Shown: piece after piece, positions 59,184 to 64,000 of the stretch
Layout of the letters: every line of letters starts with the position of its first letter
Numbering within the stretch: position 1 is the first letter of the stretch
Assembly (NCBI GenBank): GCA_900128395.1
Contig: LT649239.1
Coordinates: 1 to 64,000 of the forward strand
Reading direction: 5' to 3'
DNA: 64,000 nucleotides
Source of the DNA: Stramenopiles sp. TOSAG23-2
Taxonomy: Eukaryota
Notes under the pieces: generated by a model
What the model was told of the DNA's origin: nothing
The model's input: only the letters and a program-made list of their open reading frames with translations
Databases searched by the model: none
Program-made: the position numbers and the translations under genes

Positions 59184-61752
59184 TTACAAACCAATACAAT
59201 AATCTTTATCATCGGGGCAAAATTTACCATGGAAATTTGCTGCTAATTTTCCTGGCATATCTGCGGTGCCAAGCGTTGCCATTGTTTTTCCATCCAAGAT
59301 ATACAATGTTGAATGGTCTTTTATACTATTATACCCGACAAATATCAATGCACCATCATCCTCGCTAACTGGATTTGGATTTGGTACGAATAATGGTTCA
59401 CATACATAGACATTGTCTTCTTGAAATTTCGCCATCACTTCCCCTTTTTCAATATCAACTTTAATAATCTGATCAATAAAATCAGAACTTCCATCATGCC
59501 AATGTGTGTTTGCATCGACGAAACTAGCACCCCATGTATAACGATGAGGCTCCATGTGATAATTGACCCAATTAAATGTAGCCATTTCAAATGTTTTATC
59601 GATGACATCGAGCATCGACGAAACTAGCACCCCATGTATAACGATGAGGCTCCATGTGATAATTGACCCAATTAAATGTAGCCATTTCAAATGTTTTATC
59701 GATGACATCGACACATGTTGGTCTACCTGTAAATACAGGGACGGTACAACGTGTTAAACGCGCTTGCGAATAGGTACCGACATAATTTTTTGGTTGGTCC
59801 ACTAAATTTTCCAAATACATACCATAGGTTATCAACGTATCGTTTTGATACTTAGATAAATCTACAATGATATTATCGTTCCCATCATCGTACGCATTTA
59901 AAATATGATAGACGAACCATGCACCATCAGCAGAATCGACTGAGCGGATCAATGTTCCATTATTTCGATCTAAAATATGAAATTTCACTGGAATCGTATC
60001 ATCCCATGTCATTGCATCTATCACTTTTTTTGCACTCAAAAATTTTAAAAAATGATAATGCAATGGACATTGTATCAACAAAACGTATTTCTTCGTTAAA
60101 CCAAAACTGTGTATGAAAGACGTCATTTTATCTTTCACAGTTCCTATAATTTTACGAGGTGGCAACGGCCCTGTACCGTTAAACCCAGATTCTTGATATG
60201 TCCAAACATTGTAATGCGCACCACCATTAACACCGTCGTTCCATCCAAATTCCAGCCAATAATGTTTCTTTTCATGTCGATCGTATCGGCCATGTGCTAC
60301 GCCTAAACCTAATAAGCCTATTTTTTCAATCTCATCATCAGACCAAGCTTCATTTGCCCCGCCAATTGTTTCCAATGTTACAGGATCAAATTGAGTAAAT
60401 AAATTTTCATCTGTTGTTGCAATATATTTATTATCAAATTTCCATAAATTTACTAATGGGTTGGATGCAAATTTTTCTTGCCATTTTGGTATAGGCGATG
60501 ATGACTTTTTGCTATTCTTTTGTTGTTTTTTATCTCCAATAACAACTTGATCCATTGTTGTTGTTATTGTTGCCGTCACTTTATCATCGCCATCCGTTAC
60601 CGTTCTTGTCGTTGTAGTATTTGGTGCTTCGATCGGTAAATGGGGTCGTGGTCCTGGGGTTTTAGGTGTGCCATATCCAGGTTCTGCATATTCATTTGAT
60701 GTTTCGCTTTTATGGAAAGATGTTGTATTTAAATATTTACTTAAATGTACAACTGTGCCTTTCTCACCATTAATCTCCCAACGATGAACTTGTGCCCATC
60801 CATCATTCCAATGGCGTATTTGATCATTTCCATTTTCATATTTTCCTGGTGAATTGCGCAATAATGCACCATTAAGCCATTTAGGTATCGTACCTTGCAA
60901 TTTGATCTCATTTCGTGCTACTTCAGGCGTTGTTTCAAAATAACCACTGGCACGACTAGGTGTTATATATTGAATTGAAGTCGGTGCCGTCATATTAAAT
61001 AGACCATCGACCATTTCAACTTTTGTTTTTAATACCGTATCACTATTTTTAAGCATGGACAATGGGCTTGTACTTGGTACATTCAAAATCGCTTCCTTCA
61101 ACAATTTTACGCCATATTTTTGTTCTGTTGCACTGTACAATAATGTTTTTGTATCTTTTACGCTGATTCCATATGTATTGATAATTTGATGCATCAATGG
61201 AATTTTAATTGCATTGTCATTAAACGTTGCATCAATAATAACCGCAGCTGCCTCGTTATTTGTTACGTCTTTTACGACTACATGTTGTAACTCTGGTGAA
61301 GTGTTACGATCCCATTCAAACGTAGCCATCTTTTTAGGTAATCCCCATACATTAATACCAGCATCCTTTGCCATTTCATTATCAACGTATATAGCATGGA
61401 CCCAATTTCCTTTTTTTCCTTCATATTGGACAGTTGCACATATGAATATTAACTCACTATATTCAATAGTTGACTGGTTATTATATTTTGCAATATATAA
61501 TGAACCTTCTGTTAATCCACTACCTTCCTTTGTTTCAACAATATTAAAGTCAGATGGGACACATTCTTTTGCAACGGACAATGGAACATCAAACACTTGC
61601 ACATATGCATTGCCTTTTTGCACCCACGGTGGTGAAGGGAACGATTCTGTTGTCACTTGCGCAGAATATGACGGTACCATATTAACAAACAAACAACTTA
61701 TCACAAGTAGTATTACTATCATCATTTTCTCATTATTATTATATTTCCACAT
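59184..61752 (-). CDS. Signal peptide + acetoacetate decarboxylase/NXD1-like domain + carotenoid cleavage oxygenase (RPE65/BCO family), about 822 aa after removing the 100-bp duplication 59512-59611
   Basis: PPW..KG..EYSELI..WVHAIYVDN..VWGLPKK; GTIPKWLNGALLRNSPG, HWNDG, VAHG, FIHSFGLT, VYHILNAY, EPLFVP..EDDG, NFHGKF. Confidence 0.88.
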
Positions 61753-62681
61753 GTTTGAGTATAATCTATAATATACAATATGTATATATATCACGATACT
61801 TATCACAAGTAGTATTACTATCATCATTTTCTCATTATTATTATATTTCCACATGTTTGAGTATAATCTATAATATACAATATGTATATATATCACGATA
61901 CTTTAATTATACGTCTATGTGTTGTGTTTCTATTATTTAATCAATAATCTACAATAACATTAAATATAGATTAAAACACAATTGCAATTTATTATTATAC
62001 TTCTTCTATGTTTCACCGTGTTGATGGTATATTTCGATAATATATAAATGCACAAATAATACCAGGTACTATTATATTTTTAATTAAAATGATATAAAAT
62101 TCATCAAAAATAATAATCTGAATCACCACCACGGTTTTGCTGAGAAATATTGGTGCTAATCACCTCGTATTTGTATTGTTGAAAATATAATATCAGGGAG
62201 AATATAATATTAATATTATACCGGAAGACGATGTTTGATGCAAGGTATCTATAGCAGGGCAGGTCCAAATATTTTTCTTCCAGATTTTTCAGCCGACGCG
62301 TGTGCACGTGCCATAAAATTATTATTTTGGAAAAATTAATAAAATGCCTATCCATTTGACCAATTTCCAAAGCTTTTCAAGCCTGTGTCCATTGTATTTA
62401 GACAGTACAGCATTGTTTTCTTTACTCCTATCTGAAATATGTTTAAGGAGTCTATTTGAAAAATGAGTGGTTATGGTAGTGTAATCCCTATCAAGTTTTA
62501 TTACTTAATTAATCGCTTATGTGTATTATTATTTATTATTATTAGGCACTTAGCAATAATTTGAAATAATAATAATTGATGATGTGCTGCAAAGATACGA
62601 ATCTAAAATCTAAATCAGATGTAATATATTCGCCGTTTTTATCGTGATAGTGAACGTAGAAAACATTTGTTACAAATAATG

Positions 62682-63041
62682 ATGGAAATGAAAGCATATA
62701 ATCAAGAACAAAATTGTGTCAGTATAAATACAAGATTTACAATGCCCACTACCACCACCACCACCACTACAACAACTAATACTGGCAGAAGTAGCAGTAG
62801 CAGTATTAGCAGCAATACAATTGTGTGGAATAAAACAAGTGACTTGAATGTTGCTGGTTTTAGATTCAGTGTTAAGCAACAGCCGGAAGAAATAGTACAT
62901 CGGGAATGGCGAGTAGCCATGCAACAAGGCACGGGTCGTCAATATTATTATAAAGCCTCTTCTCCAGAAAACACAACATGGGAAAAACCAATTAATTTAG
63001 GTTCTAGGCCATTAACTAGAGTTGAAGTTAACGACTCCTAA
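62682..63041 (+). CDS. Short WW-domain ORF, possibly a fragment
   Basis: WRVAMQQGTGRQYYY....TTWEKP. Confidence 0.55.
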   Translation: MEMKAYNQEQNCVSINTRFTMPTTTTTTTTTTNTGRSSSSSISSNTIVWNKTSDLNVAGFRFSVKQQPEEIVHREWRVAMQQGTGRQYYYKASSPENTTWEKPINLGSRPLTRVEVNDS

Positions 63042-63403
63042 AAAGTCAGGGGATTTACTGCTACACAATTTTTATCGGAACATTTCGGAAACGAACATCT
63101 TACACCTTCATATTCGCTAGAACATTGGCATACACCGGTCGATGTGGTACATGTCCCTTGAGAATTACTGCTACTAGTGCTAGATGAACTCCCACTTGGA
63201 TTTATTGATGAACAAGTCTTTTGCCAATAATTCCCTTTACACAGACAAAAGCCACCACAATCTACCGCTGCTCCGTTAAAATCATTCATAGACTTATCCA
63301 TACTACTACTACTCCTACTACCAGATAATGTATCTTCGTTTGGATTAAATTTCATTACCGGTGTGATTTTCACAGGCGGTATTTTCGCATTTGCTTTCGA
63401 CAT
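63038..63403 (-). CDS. Short EGF-like Cys-rich ORF, possibly a fragment
   Basis: GTC..STGVCQCSSEYEGVRC and GFCLC..Y..C. Confidence 0.5.
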   Translation of the reverse strand: MSKANAKIPPVKITPVMKFNPNEDTLSGSRSSSSMDKSMNDFNGAAVDCGGFCLCKGNYWQKTCSSINPSGSSSSTSSSNSQGTCTTSTGVCQCSSEYEGVRCSFPKCSDKNCVAVNPLTF

Positions 63404-64000
63404 GATGTTTAAACTTTATTTTCTAAAATTAAAATTAGATATGAGCTATATCTAGTAAAATGTAAAATAATTTCTTTAAAATAGATGATATGAGCTATGC
63501 ATATATATATATAGTAAAATGTCAAAAAATAATATTTTTTTCCCCTCTTTTTTGTTAATTCTTTTCTTTCGTCAATTTTTTATTATACAATAGACGACAA
63601 AAAAGGGGTGTTTAATTTTGTTTGTTTTGCATTATCCCATTTGTGTTTCTTCATCCGACTATACTTATAATATATGTATATATGTGTATGTATGAATGTG
63701 TTAATCGCGTGTCATATTACCGTACTCCGGCACCTTCCCTCTGTGTCAACTGTCAGGCTGCCAATGTTATCGCAATGCTAAATTTAACATATATACAGCA
63801 CCAAATACCCAATTTTTAAGGATTTCATGCCGAATTTTACACCAAATATATTGATTGACATCATAAATGATTTGACTTCCAATTTCCTATCCGATCTACC
63901 AATACAATTAAGTATAATAAGTAGTAGTCTATAGCTAGATGTGTAAAGTTTGAGAGAATATTCCATCCTGTGTGCATACTAGAGATTAATAACTCATATA

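Larger units (their letters stand above)
44202..61899. repeat. Seven exact local tandem duplications: 44202 (139 bp), 45308 (100), 46298 (106), 48149 (106), 58511 (135), 59512 (100), 61696 (102)
   Basis: Each is a perfect two-copy direct repeat read from the sequence; two break otherwise intact ORFs. Confidence 0.9.

Noticed and set aside
61753-61896. Extended N-terminus with a doubled signal peptide on the CCO fusion
   Set aside because: Produced by the exact 102-bp duplication 61696-61899.
63784-63966. 60-aa ORF at the window end
   Set aside because: Too short and featureless to call; it might be a terminal exon of a gene outside the window.

Overview
AT-rich, gene-dense, intron-poor eukaryotic nuclear DNA. 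Two GT-AG introns with CTAAC-like branch sites can be reconstructed, and there are poly-Asn/Ser/Thr tracts and (TA)n/(TG)n microsatellites. The gene set (CCT, AP2, PPR-SMR, LCIB/theta-CA-like, GH20, bacterial-type FMO) suggests a protist, plausibly a stramenopile-like heterotroph; this is inference only. About 28 protein genes are visible and no tRNA, rRNA or CRISPR. Top observations: (1) a signal-peptide-bearing fusion of an acetoacetate-decarboxylase/NXD1-like domain to an intact 4-His carotenoid cleavage oxygenase (59184-61752); (2) a 1.58 kb insertion with a poly(A) tail and a perfect 17-bp target-site duplication, carrying an orphan 295-aa ORF (46298-47879); (3) a bacterial-type trimethylamine monooxygenase next to a DinB and a putatively ER-retained MsrA (9.5-13 kb); (4) a GC-rich FkbM methyltransferase island; (5) a degenerate theta-carbonic anhydrase; (6) a dispersed ~45-bp intergenic element and telomere-like boxes. 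Seven exact 100-139 bp tandem duplications and two homopolymer frameshifts, all after 39 kb, look like assembly artefacts. All family calls come from motif recognition by eye; no database searches were run.
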